Source: Zygnema circumcarinatum SAG 698-1b
Taxonomy: Eukaryota > Plantae > Zygnematophyceae
NCBI GenBank assembly: GCA_037447605.1
Contig: CM074821.1
Coordinates: 186,001-250,000, forward strand
Length of the DNA: 64,000 nucleotides
Direction: 5' to 3'
Positions 32,131 to 57,981 of the stretch are shown in pieces. The notes below the pieces were generated by a model. It made no database searches. It saw nothing but the letters and a program-made list of their open reading frames with translations, and was not told where the DNA came from. A program made the position numbers and the translations under genes. Numbering within the stretch: position 1 is the stretch's first letter; the number at the start of each line of letters is the position of its first letter.

Positions 32131-34965
32131 TCAACCTTCATGATCACCATCTCGTGCAATGTTGGCAACAAGGGCTTCCAGGAGGTTGAAGTAGGCGTAT
32201 TTGACGTCAAACTGCATGTCATACCCTGCACATGTGAGAGGTAAATGGTTGGTTCAGAGACGTGCACACTCTAAGAACCCTAAAAAACCGCGGGTGCTGA
32301 CTTAACGAGGCTTCGTTTCTTTTGTCCGCCTCCCATTGTCCTTGCTACGACTTCACTTCAGTCACGACCCCCACTGTGGTACACACTTACACAGGCAGAA
32401 AAGCAGCAACGTGCAAGAAGCCACCCAGTAATACATGAGCATTTCTCAAAGCCTCTCAGACCGACCTCCCTTTCACAACTGGGGGCTTCAGGCTTGACAA
32501 AATGCATATGACATTTGTTGTTTTGAAAGAAGTACTTTTTATTTTTCAGTCAGCTGTCTGTACTTGTTTCGCAAAAATGCGAGTACTGTTTCGAATATCA
32601 GAACTTTGAAACTTTTCTAAGTCTGACACCCTCTCGATTAACTTGAAAGTCTATTGAGAACATTGGCATCCTATTAATACGGTCTGTTGATCCTCTTCAG
32701 CTGCTTCGGGAACATACTCAAAAAACAGAGATGCTCACACTAGAGGATTTGTTTTGTTTTCATTTCTCCTCTCGGCTCTCCTCGCTCCCTCTTACCCCTC
32801 TCTCTTCGTATCTCTTTTCCACTTTCAGAGCAGAGGAGAGGGTAGAGCTCACAGAAGTTGATGGCGATGGTGCGCCTTTCTTGGTCAGGGCTCTGCCTTA
32901 CATGATGGAACCACATGCTCGGCCTGCCCCACCCCACACACCCCCTCCTTCCTCTCTCTCACTTCAACTCAGACTGAAAAAAATCTCCCAGCGATGGTAG
33001 CAATATGGCATTCAACAGTTCCTAGAATCCTCGCTCAGTAAGCCGGCGAACGAGGGAGTGGGTGAGGGGGAGGGGGAGAGGGAGAGGATGAGGGAGAGGG
33101 AGAGGGAGAGGATGAGGATGAGGGAGAGGGAGAGGGAGAGGGAGAGAAAGAAGGAGAGAGAGAGGGAGGGAGTGAGGGAGGAGAGGAGTGGGAGAGGGAG
33201 AGAGGGAGGGAGCAGGAGAAGGGGAAGAGTGAGAGTAATGCTCACAAGTACAGGAGCTCTCCTTCTCTGACGGTGCATGTAAGAGGAGGAGGCCCATTGA
33301 AGTAGAGGGGAAATTTAGACCTGGCAGCCGATTCGTTCTCTTTGGAAGGGTAGGGATCCACGGGACACCACGGAACAAGGCGGAGGGGCTCCTCAGGCAC
33401 GATTTCGAAAGGCTGGTCTTCCTGATACAACCCAAAAGGATATTGAAAAAGCCTCTTGGATCCTTTTATCTGTCTTCACCTTCATACTCCCTCCCTCCTC
33501 GCCCACATTCCTCCCCTCCACCATCGTCTTCCTCTCACAATCCTCTCTCCCACCGCACTTCCTTTCAATCCTCTCCCACTCGTAGTCCCTCACTCCTCTT
33601 CCGCCGTCGTCCTCTGACTCCTTTCCGACCCTCCTCGTCTCTCACCCTTTCCCACGGTTTTCCTTGTACTTCTCTCACACCATCCCTCTCTCCCCGTCTC
33701 TCTATCCTCTCTTCTCCTCACCACATGAGATAAAAAAAGCCCATACCAGTTTCGTTCATTCTTTACCCTGAAAAACCTTACAAAACCTGAAAAACCCAAT
33801 ACATTTTGATTAACTTTCCAATTAATCCTTAAGCTTTCTATAAAATTATTTATCTTCCATGTTTTTAAGATTTCCGCACCTGCATCTGAGAGTACCGCGC
33901 GGCAGGAAACTCCTTGATGTACATTCGAGGGAGGTCCGCAGGAGGCAGCAAAGTGAAATGCTTTTCTCCCTTAACCACAGCATACATATTCTCATAGTGG
34001 TCTTTATGGAAGGAGGTTATGGACCTCTCATCTCCAATCCAAAGGTTTACAGCTTCAGGGTGACACCCAAAGGCTTCCGAAGCCCAAGAAATTTCGATTT
34101 GGGCGTCATCACTTAGTAGAGAATATTCCGATAAGAAGCTGCCATTCTGGTGCTGTGCATAAGGTATTCCTTTGGAGGGGTTCTCCTTTGTGTCCTCTAA
34201 CATTTTCAGGAAGTCAGAAAACATCATTCGGCGTTCGTGTGGCATGACGAACCACCGCTCCATTTTGGAGTCAAAGCTTTCAGTACAAGATGAGAAGCTT
34301 TTGAACTTTTTGAACGAGTCTTTGTATACTTCATTAAAATCTTTAATGCCTTCTTTCAAGGAGTGAATCTCACTCTCTCCTGGTGGTAAGGTAGAGGGAA
34401 CACTCCCTTCCGCTCTCTCCTTTCCCTCCTCCCCCTGTGTCCCCTCGTGTCCGTCGTCCCACTCCTCTCTCGCCTCTCTCTCTTCCCCGTTCTCTCCCAC
34501 CTCCCTCTCCTTTCCCACTTTCCATTCTGCCCCCTCGTTTCCGTCCTGCCTGCCCTCCCTCTCCTCCCAACCCTCCCACCCTTCTCTCTCTCCCTCCTTT
34601 CCTCTACCTCCTCTCCCCTCCACTCCCGGTCTCTCCCTCACCCTGCAGCTATGCTCTTTAAAGATCTTAGATACATCGACTACGGAGTCGCCTCGACCAT
34701 CGGGAGTTACATCAACAGAGACTACAGTGGATCCTATTCTTGAAACTAAATATTCATTTGTCCAATTTTGCACTGCGGGCCATTTATCAATAGCTGAAGT
34801 GATGATGCAGGGTCGGTTCGGTGCCACAAAATTTCGATAAAAATCGAGCGGTTTCGGAGGGCCACGAATGCGAGGAATTGGCATTGAGAGAGAGAGCTCT
34901 CTCAACTCAGCGGAAAGGGCAGAGAGAGCTTCAGGAATCCGTTCTTTTCTGCCCATTTCCTTCAT
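32131..34965 (-). CDS. JMJD7: JmjC-only 2OG/Fe(II) hydroxylase JMJD7 (JMJ32-like); exons 34965-33880, 33421-33246, 32923-32853, 32225-32131
   Basis: FYRNFVAPNRPCII, VDVTPDGRGD, PEAVNLWIGDERSITSFHKDHYENMY (HxD), LYLPSMWFHHV (distal His), INFWYDMQFDVKY. Confidence 0.92.
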
Positions 34966-35932
34966 TCGATTAAGCGTTGAAACACTTTTCGGTTTAAACT
35001 CAGAAAGGCGATGTAGAGAGAGGAGCGTTCTTGGAAGGCTTCTCCAGAAACGTTCCCTGTAAAAGGGAGAGAGACGGGGGAGTGGAGGGAGAGGGAGAGG
35101 GAGAGGGAGAGGGAGAGGGAAAGGGAGAGGGAGAGGNNNNNNNNNNGAGGGAGAGGGAGAGGGAGAGGCAGAGGCAGAGGGAGAGGGAGGGGGAGAGGGA
35201 GAGGGAGAGGGGGAGAGTGGGAGAGAGAGAGAGAGAGTGAGAGATTATTCTTGAAAACAGTCAGTCATACATGATTAGTTGAAGCTGAAGAAGAAAATTA
35301 AAAATCAGGAAATCTGCCCTTCATCGACTTCACTACATAACCTAGAACCCAAAAACCACAACAAGCTAGAAAAAACTGGAAAAAAACTTAAAAACCACGA
35401 AAGCCCAAAGCTTTGAAATTACAAAAGTTCCGACAATAGAACCAGAGTACGGAAGACAGCAAACAAATTCTGAAGGGATTGGAGACGGAGAGATATTTTC
35501 TGAAGAAGCTTGTGCCTACTGGTTTAAACATCCCATTTCTCTTTTTACATTTTAATTTTTTCCTTAAGTCACTTTTGAAGATGGGCACTAGTATTTGCTA
35601 CGGCAGTAAAGTACCTGTTCCCTTTCCCTCTCCCTCTCCCTCTGCTAGTCTGTGCTTTGCCTTCTCTCGCTTTACCTCTCACTCTTCCACCCTCGCTCGC
35701 TTGCTCGCCCACCCTCTCCCCACTTCCTCTCTCCCTCTTCTCGTCAGATCTCTCCCTCTTTCTTTCTGCTCCGCTGCCTCTCCTCTCCACCCGTCCCTCT
35801 CCCTCTCTCTCTTCTTCCTCAGCGTCCCCTCACTTCCTTTTCTCCTCGTGTCCCTCTCCTCTTCTCACTCGTCCCTCTCCCCTCTCACTCTCTCATCTCC
35901 CTCCCAATTTCCCCTGTCACTCTTCTATCTCT

Positions 35933-36019
<87 letters not shown>
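35933..36019. repeat. (GC)7 fused to a (GA)n microsatellite in the JMJD7/SET divergent promoter
   Basis: Seen directly in the sequence. Confidence 0.9.
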
Positions 36020-36021
<2 letters not shown>

Positions 36022-36299
36022 TCTCTAAACGGCTATATCCCCCCCTCCGTACCTCCTTCCCCTTTCAGATCCACCGCAAGCTGTTCTTCACGCCTCCCCT
36101 CCTTTCGCGCCCCTGCGAGTGGCTCCTTACTTTTACTTTTCTCGCCCTTCCGCTGCACTCACTCGAGATCGGTTCTTGAAAACGGAACTGAATCCGTTCT
36201 GCATGTGAAGGCACTGAAAGCGCCGAAGCCTTTTTAGGGCTTAAGCTCTCGTGCTGAGCAGGTGGGCTACCACAAAACCCTGCTCCTTAAGCTCCAAAG

Positions 36300-37170
36300 C
36301 CCTGAACCCTAAACCCTGAACCCTGATCCCTGGACCCTGAACACTCAACCCTGAACACTAGACCCTAAACCCTGAATCCTGAAATCTGCGTCAAAAAAAA
36401 TCTCCAAGCTATTAATCATGAACCCTGAACCCTGAACTCTGAACTCTAAACCCTGAACCCTGAACCGTAAACTCTGAACCCTGAACCCTGAACCCTGAAC
36501 CCTCAACCCTCAACCCTCAACCCTGAACCCTGAACCCTGAACCCTGAACCCTGAACCCTGAACCCTGAACCCTGAACTCTGAACCCTGAACCCTGAACCC
36601 TGAACCCTGAACCCTGAACTCTGAACCCTGAACCCTGAAGCCTGAACCCTGAACTCTGAACCCTGAACCCTCAACCCTCAACCCTCAACCCTCAACCCTG
36701 AACCCTGGACTCTGAACCCTGAACCCTGAAGCCTGAACCCTGAACCCTGAACCCTGAACCCTGAACCCTGAACCCTGAACCCTGAACCCTGAACCCTGAA
36801 CCCTGAACCCTGAACCCTGAACTCTGAACCCTGAACCCTGAACCCTGAACCCTGAACCCTGAACCCTGAACCCTGAACCCTGAACCCTCAACCCTCAACC
36901 CTAAACCCTGAACCCTAAACCCTGAACTCTGAACCCTGAACCCTGAACCCTGAATCCCCAACCCTGAACCCTGAATCCTAAACCCTGAATCCTGAATCCT
37001 GAACCCTGAACCCTAAACCCTAAACCCTAAACCCTGAACCCTGAACCCTGAACCTTATACCCTAAATCCTAAACCCTAAACCCTAAACCCTAAAAACCCT
37101 GAACCCTGAACCCTGAACCCTGAACCTGAATCTTAAACTCTAATTCTGCCCTAAACCCTGAACCTTAAAC
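36300..37170 (-). repeat. Interstitial telomere-like heptamer array, mostly (TTCAGGG)n with TTTAGGG, TTGAGGG and TTCAGAG variants
   Basis: Roughly 110-120 CCCTGAA/CCCTAAA units on the plus strand; degenerate units trail to ~37475. Confidence 0.93.
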
Positions 37171-37526
37171 CCTCACCCGGCAGAACCCTAAAGGTTTTTA
37201 GCCGCTGAACTCTTAAACCCAGAGATAATCACTGCTCAAAACGAAATTTTCATAGCCATACAATGCATCCACACCCTCCATTTTGGGAAAAGTCAAACTT
37301 TGAGCTTTATGGCCCTTAAACCCTAAACCTCTGAACCTCGGACTCCTAAACCCTTAAAACCCTAAAACCCTAATCCTTCAGACCTTGAAATTGAACCGCT
37401 TTGTGAGGAATTTGAACCGCTAAAACCCCAAACCTCCCAGCCCTAAATCTCTGAAGCTGTGTGAGTCTGAACCCTAGAATTCTGACTAACTCTTTGAGTT
37501 CCATGACTTTCAGTTTTGCTGCTGTA

Positions 37527-39051
37527 ATGTCGGCTGTGCCCTTTTACGGTTCTATGCAGCCCCTCCAACTGAAGAACCATTTCGACGTTTCCATGACAGT
37601 GCGAGTTACGCTCCAATTCGACAGCAAGGATCCTCTTCTTCCACAGAAGCAGGCAAGAGGGGGCATGCCTCTCTCTCTCTCTCCCTCCCCTCTCCTTTCC
37701 CTCTCTCCACTCCTCTCTTCATCTTCTTCCACAAAAGCAGGCAAGTGAGGCATCTATTTCTCTCCTCCCTCTCTCTCTTTCATTCTCCCCTCCCTCTCGC
37801 GCTCGTTCCCACTTTCTGTCCACCTTCTTCTCCTTCTTTCTTTTTCTCATCTCTCTCCCTTTCTCCTTCTCCTCCCCCTCCCCCCCCCTCTCTTTCTCAA
37901 TCAGTTTGTTTCAAGTGCTTGTATGAACTTGGAGCCAATGTACAGAATAAGCCCTTAAGAGGGAGTCCTTAATCGTTTGCTTCTCTCCCTCCCTCCCTCC
38001 CTCCTTCCCTCCCTCCCTCCCTGCCCTCCCTTCCTCCCTCCCTCCCTCCCTCCTGTTCAGGCCCTTTTGGAGCGCTCGGGCGGCTCTTTGGAGCATGAAC
38101 TGACGGACCCCAAAAGCGAGGCCCAATGGAAACTTTTGGTTTCTGCTGCCCGAATCGTTGAGCTGACGGAGGTGCCTTTCAAAAATGCTTTACTTTCTTA
38201 TTTCACTTATTATTGAAAAAAGTAAAAAAAGTACATCAAATTTGGTTATATTTAGATTGTTTTTGTGTTTTGTTTTCTCTGTCAAGTTTCTTCAACAGAG
38301 TCTATTTTCCGGCGGGGGTTGAGGAAGGGAGGGGGGGGGTTACTTGTGCTCTTTTAAGAGTTTTCAAAGGTTTTTGAGATTCTTCTGATCTTAAAGTGGA
38401 CGGGTATAAATGGGGTATTGCGCAGACCGAGCTGTACTTTTTTTACGATGGAGCCCATCTCCATTCAATTTCTCCCCGAAATGAATGCCAAGCTTTGGCC
38501 CTTGTCTTTGAGAAAATCCGCCACGTGGCAGAAATGGAGGGGTCGGAGGAGGCTAAAATTTTGCAGAAAAGGGCAGAAATGGAATTAAATTCGCTCGGTG
38601 GAGAGAGAGGGGGAGAGGGAGAGGAAGAGGGTCGTGTGTGTTCGGGGAGCGCTGAGGTGGCACTTCAGGATTGGGCGGAGCAAATGGGCATCAGCTGCAA
38701 GATAAAGATTGCTGGTTGGATATGCAGCCCTCCTCGTGGTTTATCTCTGTGATTATTTTTGCAATTATTTGATTCTTGTTATTGTATGTGTGTTTGTTGT
38801 GATTGGAGGATAAGTTTGATGAGTGCTTTTTCCTGGTATAGGGCAATTGGTGCCGGAATTACTATTTGTGAGAGACGAGTCGATATGTGCCCGAACACTC
38901 TGGAGGGAAGAGGGAGGAAGTGCGGACAATGAGGGAGAGAGGGGGAGGGGGCAGTAGAGGAGGAGAGAGGAGAGGAAAGAGGTGCAGGATGGAGAAGCAG
39001 AGGATCAGGGAGAACTGCGGAAGCGGGGAGAACAGGGTCGTCAGTGTGAGC

Positions 39052-39082
<31 letters not shown>

Positions 39083-41691
39083 GAGAGAGAGAGAGATTGA
39101 GAGAGAGAGAGAGAGCGTGGTCTCCCTCCCCTTAAGGCCCTCCCTCCCTCCNNNNNNNNNNCTCCCTCCCTCCCTCCCTCCCTCCCTGACGGGTGGTCGG
39201 TTGGCAGAGTTCGCTTCAAGCGGTCGCGGCGCGCGGGCGGCGGCGGAGCTGCGCTTCGGCGACTTTGCGGCGGAGGTGCCGAGGGGGGCCCTGCTCTGCG
39301 CGGAGGAGGTGGGGGGAGGGAGGGAGGGAGGGGGGGAGGGAGAGGGAGAGGGTGAGGGAGAGGGAGAGGGAGAGGGAGAGGGAGAGGGGGGCAAAGTGAT
39401 CGACGGGAAGGAGAAGGAGAGAGAGTGGAAAGAGGTGGGGGATGAAGAGAGAGGGAGAGGGAGAAAAAAAAAACTAAAAATAAGTGAATAATCGAATAGA
39501 GAGAACACAAAACCAAAGGAGATTGGAGGTAGTCTATAGATGTTGACACGATCTTGTTTTGTTCGAGCAGGGGCTCATTCAAATCTTTATATATAACCAT
39601 GTGGCTACCCCGCCCTCCCTCCCTCCCTAGCCTTGCTCACGGGCTCTCTCTCTCCCTCTCTCGCCCACCCTCTTCCTCCCCCACCTCGTTCCACTCGCTC
39701 TCTATGTCCCCCATCGATCGGTTTGCCACTCTCTCTGCCTCTCTCTCCCTCTTCCTCTCTCTTCCTCCCCCACCTCTTTCCACTCTCTCTCCTTCTCCCC
39801 CGTCTCAGGCATCTTCATTGAGTGCGGAGGAGGGGCTCGATGAAGAGACCAAATCTCTCCTTTGGACCATTCGCGAATCCAAAAATGCGGCTTCCCCCTA
39901 CGCTCCATTTTTTGCCTCCCTTCCTCAAAAATTGCACACAGGCTCGTGCCAATTTCTTGCCCCCCCTTTGAACCCAATAACGGAATGAATAAAAAAAGTA
40001 CATTTTTTTGTTTTGTTTTGGTTATCTACTTTTGTTAAAATACTCAAATACGCGAAAAATATATCACCTTAGTAAGCTTCATGGCGCTTACATGATTTCA
40101 AAGGAAATGTTCAAAAAAATATATATATGTCGATTTCATGAGTTACATATATGTAAGTGTAGCTATCTATGAATATGCAGATCGAAGTTTTTTTTTTTTT
40201 TTGCAATTTTAGGGCTGAGCTTCAGCACGGAGACGCTGGCGGAGCTTATCGGAACTCCTCTGTTCGACGAGATCATGGCTGCGCGACAGGTGGCGCTCGC
40301 TGCTTCTGCCACGTGGCATGTGCCAGCTCAGCAAAGATTGATGTTTTGGTAGGCTTTAGCCAAAGAGCAGAGAAGCAAGCTTGAACAAGGAAAGGGGAGG
40401 GGGGAGAGAGGGGAGAGATAGAGAGAAAAAGGGAGAGGGAGGGAGAGGGGCAGGGGAAAACAGAGGAGGGAGGGGAGGGAGAGGAAGGAGAGGGAGAGAG
40501 AGAGAGGGAGTGAACTTTTCTCCATTCGTGCCCCACCTTCCACCAAATTAAGACCATTTTCCCTTCACCCCCTTCTCTCTCTTCTGCGTTCTATTGTTTA
40601 ACTTCTCGTCTCTTTTTTTGGCGGGCGGGCAGCACATCCGGCGGCAGTACGACGAAACTTTTCAGGCGCTCAGTGAAGCGCTTCCAGAAACCTTTACCGG
40701 GCAGGTTTACACGTGGGAAAATTATTTGTGGGCAGCCGAGCTGTGGTATTCCTACGGCATGCAGGTCATGTTTCCCGAAGAGGGGGCCGTGAAAACGTGC
40801 CTTGCCCCCCTCGCCTCGCTCTTCAACCATGCGGTATGGGGGGGAGAGGGAGGAGGGAGGGAGGGAGGGGGGGAGAGGGAGAGGGAGAGGGAGGGCGAAG
40901 GGAGAGGGGGAGGGGAGGTGGGTGGGAGGGAGGGAGGGAGGGAGAGGGAGAGGGAGAGGGAGGGGGAAGGGAGAGGGGGAGGGGAAGTGGGTGGGAGAGA
41001 GGGAGGGAGAGGGAGGGAGAGGGAGAGGGAGAGCGAAGGGAGAGGGCGAGGGGAGGTGGGTGGGAAAGGGGGGGGGGGAGGGCAGGTGGGAGGGAAGGAG
41101 GGAGAGAAGTCACAGGGAGGAGTGGCAGTAAGGAGGGAGAGAGTGGGCGGGAGATGGATGTCACAGCGAGTGGGGAGTAATGGAGGTGTTGAGAAGGGCG
41201 AGAGGGAGAGCGCGAGAGGAGAGGAGAGGGGAGGATGGAGACGTTGAAGAGAGAGTGGAGTGAAGGGAAGAGAGAGGAGGGCGCAGGAGAGGGGAGACCG
41301 AGGAGAGAGAGAGGAAATGGAAGGAGAGTGGTAGTCAGATTGATCTGAACCACACCTTACATCGGAGGCTATTTGCTGCATCCAGTAGACTCCGTGAGAC
41401 CAAAGAATAACACTTCTTTGTACTTATCTTCCGTTCCGTTCCGTTCCTTTCCGTTCCGTGACAGATATATCCGCATGTAACGGCGTTCAGTCGCATCGAC
41501 CCGACCACCCAAACCCTAAACCTGCGAGTCCTCCGCACGTGTCCGTACGGACGCGAGTGCTTTCTCAGCTACGGCCCTCTCCCCAACTCGCGCCTTCTGC
41601 TCGACTATGGCTTCGCACTAGCCGACAATCCGTACGATGTGGTCCCTCTTGGTGGGCTCTCTCTCTCTCCCGCACCTCTCCCTCCCTCCCC

Positions 41692-41728
<37 letters not shown>

Positions 41729-42778
41729 TCTCTCTCGCTCCCTCCTGCGCACTCTCTACCTCTCCGACTCCTGCACACTCTATCCCGCTGCCCCGTCGTC
41801 AGTCTCGCCTCTCCCTCTCCCTTTTCAGCACCTGTTATCTCCCTCTTCCCTTCCTCCCCTTAACAATGTTGTACACCACATGCATACTCTTCCGATGACT
41901 TTACCTCTCTCTCTCTCTCTCTCTCTCTCCCTCCCTCTCAGGAATAGCCTGAATCTCTCATTGCCTCCTTTCCTCCTATCTTGGACCTGTCTTCTCCTCC
42001 CCTCCTTCGCTTTTGCAGCTTTCGAACTTCCGGACGACGAATTGAGAGAACAAAAAGAGCACCTTCTCCGCCGCTTCTCCATCGATCTGAGCGCTCAAAT
42101 GATAAGAAAGTGCACAAAAGATGCTCCGTTGTTGCCGGCTCCATTGCTCGGAGCAATGCGGATTTTAACTATGGATGCGGGGGAGCTCTCGACTTACAGT
42201 GGCAATCCCCTCAACATGGTGAGAAAAACCCTAAAAACCCTATTCACAGGATTCAAAAATTGCCATAGAGCTTCAAACTCAATGAACACTTTAAAGCTTG
42301 AAGTAAAAGCTTCTTAAAGAGCAAAAAAAAAGACCATTTTGTGGGGTCCTGAATTACGGCTGGTGTGTTGGTCAACGCAGGTCAACCGGAGAAATGAGGC
42401 CTTGACTCTTGCATCTCTCCAAGATGCCATGGAGACCCTTTTGGAAGAAGTACCTCTGCTCGCGCCTGAGTAAGTTGGGATGTGTACTCGTTTCGAAACA
42501 AAACTGCCATAGAAAAGTTAAAGCGGGGTCCCAAAACCCTAAAAAGCTTAAAGCCTGGAAGTAAGGACCCTGCCAGGCACTAGCTCCGTTATGGCTGACG
42601 CAGTCGCAGTTTGCCGTTGTGTTATGTGGGACGGAACAGAGACATGGAACGGCACTCGCTCGACGAGACGGACCGTGAGCTGCAGATGGCGAGGATATAT
42701 CGGGCGGGATATCGCGATATTCTCGTGTCTGTCGCCGGGGTTTGCAGGGACATGCAGAGGGCCCTTGGGGAAGAATGA
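37527..42778 (+). CDS. SET-domain protein lysine methyltransferase, Rubisco-LSMT/SETD3-like; exons 37527-37652, 38061-38171, 38426-38714, 39208-39308, 39809-39941, 40213-40289, 40633-40833, 41465-41651, 42019-42218, 42381-42469, 42610-42778
   Basis: GRGARA SAM-binding motif, YLWAAELWYSYGM, PLASLFNHA, FLSYGPLPNSRLLLDYGF, NPYD, and C-terminal MARIYRAGYRDIL typical of the LSMT substrate-binding domain. The start, a possible missing micro-exon and the last acceptor are uncertain. Confidence 0.85.
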
Positions 42779-43035
42779 CCGCCCGGGGGAGGGTTCAGGG
42801 CCTCCAGTTGTGGCGCCATGTTTCATGCTTGGATAATGTCGCTAGACGACAATAGCACATTGTTTCAAAATGTGTGCCCAACGGGACCCGTTTCGAATAA
42901 AGTACATTTTTTGCGCTTCTTCTGTCGTTAAAAGTACATCTTTCGAATTCGCCCTGTTATGGAATCTTGTCAAGATTCACCAAAATTGATGTTTACTTCA
43001 ATGTGGAATGTCCGTATGACGGCTGCCGTGCACTC

Positions 43036-43202
43036 GCCACGTGGCTCCTCCCGAGAGTTCGCTCCGGACAAAACGGCACCACGTGGCCGGTCCTCGCGGT
43101 CTCCCCACCGACCATGTCGACCGCGGCCACCAGCTGGGTTGCGCTGCCACCGACACCACCGACATTACCGACATTGGATTCTGGGTGACTCTCAGTGCCG
43201 AC
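43036..43202. promoter_or_regulatory. Cluster of G-boxes and DRE/CRT cores
   Basis: GCCACGTGGC at 43036, CACGTG at 43080, RCCGAC at 43107, 43149, 43158, 43167 (within TACCGACAT) and 43197. Confidence 0.4.
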
Positions 43203-44230
43203 ATTTTGGATCCTTCCGTTGACGCGATTCCGGGACGGCTGGTCCGTACACGTCACCGCCGGAGCGCCCTTGCGGCATTGACTTCGCACATGTAAATGAG
43301 AAACCCCATTGGAGACGTACATGCGCGTGATGATTCTTTGTCGTTTAGTGAAGTGGCCGTGTACAAGTTGGGACGTGACGACAGCTTGGAATCATCGCCG
43401 AGTTCTTAAACGTCGTCGAGGCCGCTTGGGAGCTTCGGAAAAAACAAATGCTGGATATTTGGACTAAGCCTAAACGACAAGATCATGAACCGGGCGGGCA
43501 ACAGGCGGAGGCAAAACTTTTGATCCGGGCAGCTCTCCAATAGGCATTGATATAAATTTGTGAATTTTTACTTTTCCCATTGCCGTAAAACCGAACATGT
43601 TGAGAAATTATACTTGATTTCTCAATTCTCAATCTTATTGAATACGGTAGAACTCTGAACACTCGAGGTCGAAACTTTTTCGATTTAAGAAAGCGAAAAG
43701 TTTTAAAGAAAAAGTTCAAGGACACAATCGGTTTGGTCGCAAGTGTGGATTCCAATTTCTGCCACGTTGGTTCCGTGCTATTAGAGGGATCCGGTTAGCC
43801 CTGGATCCAGTCTTGCCGTACGACTCTTCCAGCCAGCCGATCAAAAATTTCTGTACGACCCTCCGAGTCCACGCCGTTTACGATCCGCTAAAATCTCACT
43901 GTTGATCAGTGGACCTCAGGAAAACTGAACTTGAACACGAACGATAATTAATTGTTCAATGTTCAATTGGTTCTCCATAAAAATTTGTATTGAGAAAAAA
44001 AAATAGGAATTCATTTCTCATTTCTCATATTGAATCGTGTTCGCAAATGTAGGGTTGTTATTTGAGAAACTGGTTTTAAATTTTTTTTGAGAAGCCAAAA
44101 TATATAATTTATTTTTTTCTCAACCTGTTCGGTTTTACGGCGACTTACTTTCAGAAATTTCTCGTTGACCAAGTGCTTGGCAGACAGCTACCACTCACTG
44201 CTATCTTGTCGTATCAGCAGCGACTCTTCA

Positions 44231-44412
44231 CACGTGTCGCCATCGCACGTGCTTAGCCAACCGCGGGCCACGTCATCCACTTTCAGCGAATTCCGTGCTC
44301 ATTTTGCACGTGCGATTTTCTGCCACGTCATCACAAATCTCTTGGCCACCGGCAGTATCTGCCGACCATTTAATCAATGCGATCGTGCGTGTCGGTGGAC
44401 CGCTTGACCGAC
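44231..44412. promoter_or_regulatory. ABRE/G-box cluster in the proximal promoter of the histidine kinase
   Basis: CACGTG at 44231, 44246, 44307; GCCACGTCA at 44267, 44322; RCCGAC at 44361, 44407. Confidence 0.4.
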
Positions 44413-44772
44413 ATGGAACTGAGTCCCGTCAAGCACAACAGTCTCGTGTTGCAGGGAACGCTTCACTGGGCCGTTCTGTGTCGGCCAAGGGCCCCCTTCC
44501 CCCTCGTGCGATTCCTTTGGCCGGCGGCGAGCGAGGAGGGGCAGTGGCAGGGAAGGGCGGGGGGAGGAGAGGGAGGAGCGCCAGCTGGCAGGAGGGGGGA
44601 GAGAGGGAGAGGGTTCGGAGGGGGAGAGGGAGAGGGAGAGGAAGAGGGTGAGGGAGAGGGAGAGGGAGAGGGAGAGGGTGGGGAGGGAAGGGGGGGAAGG
44701 GGAGCAGAGGACACGTGCCGTACTCAAGGGGATGAAGGAGAGGAGAGGGAGACAGCGAAGCGGGAGAGCGAG

Positions 44773-57981
<13,209 letters not shown>

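Noticed and set aside
34380-34641. Intron removing the JMJD7 insert
   Set aside because: 262 nt long; splicing shifts the frame and gives a stop within eight codons.
36685-36961. RVQGSGF repeat ORFs
   Set aside because: Translation of the heptamer array; no independent sign of coding.
42471-42473. TAA as the SET gene stop
   Set aside because: It lies in a strong GA|GTAAGT donor, and a downstream exon (to 42778) supplies an LSMT-like C-terminus.
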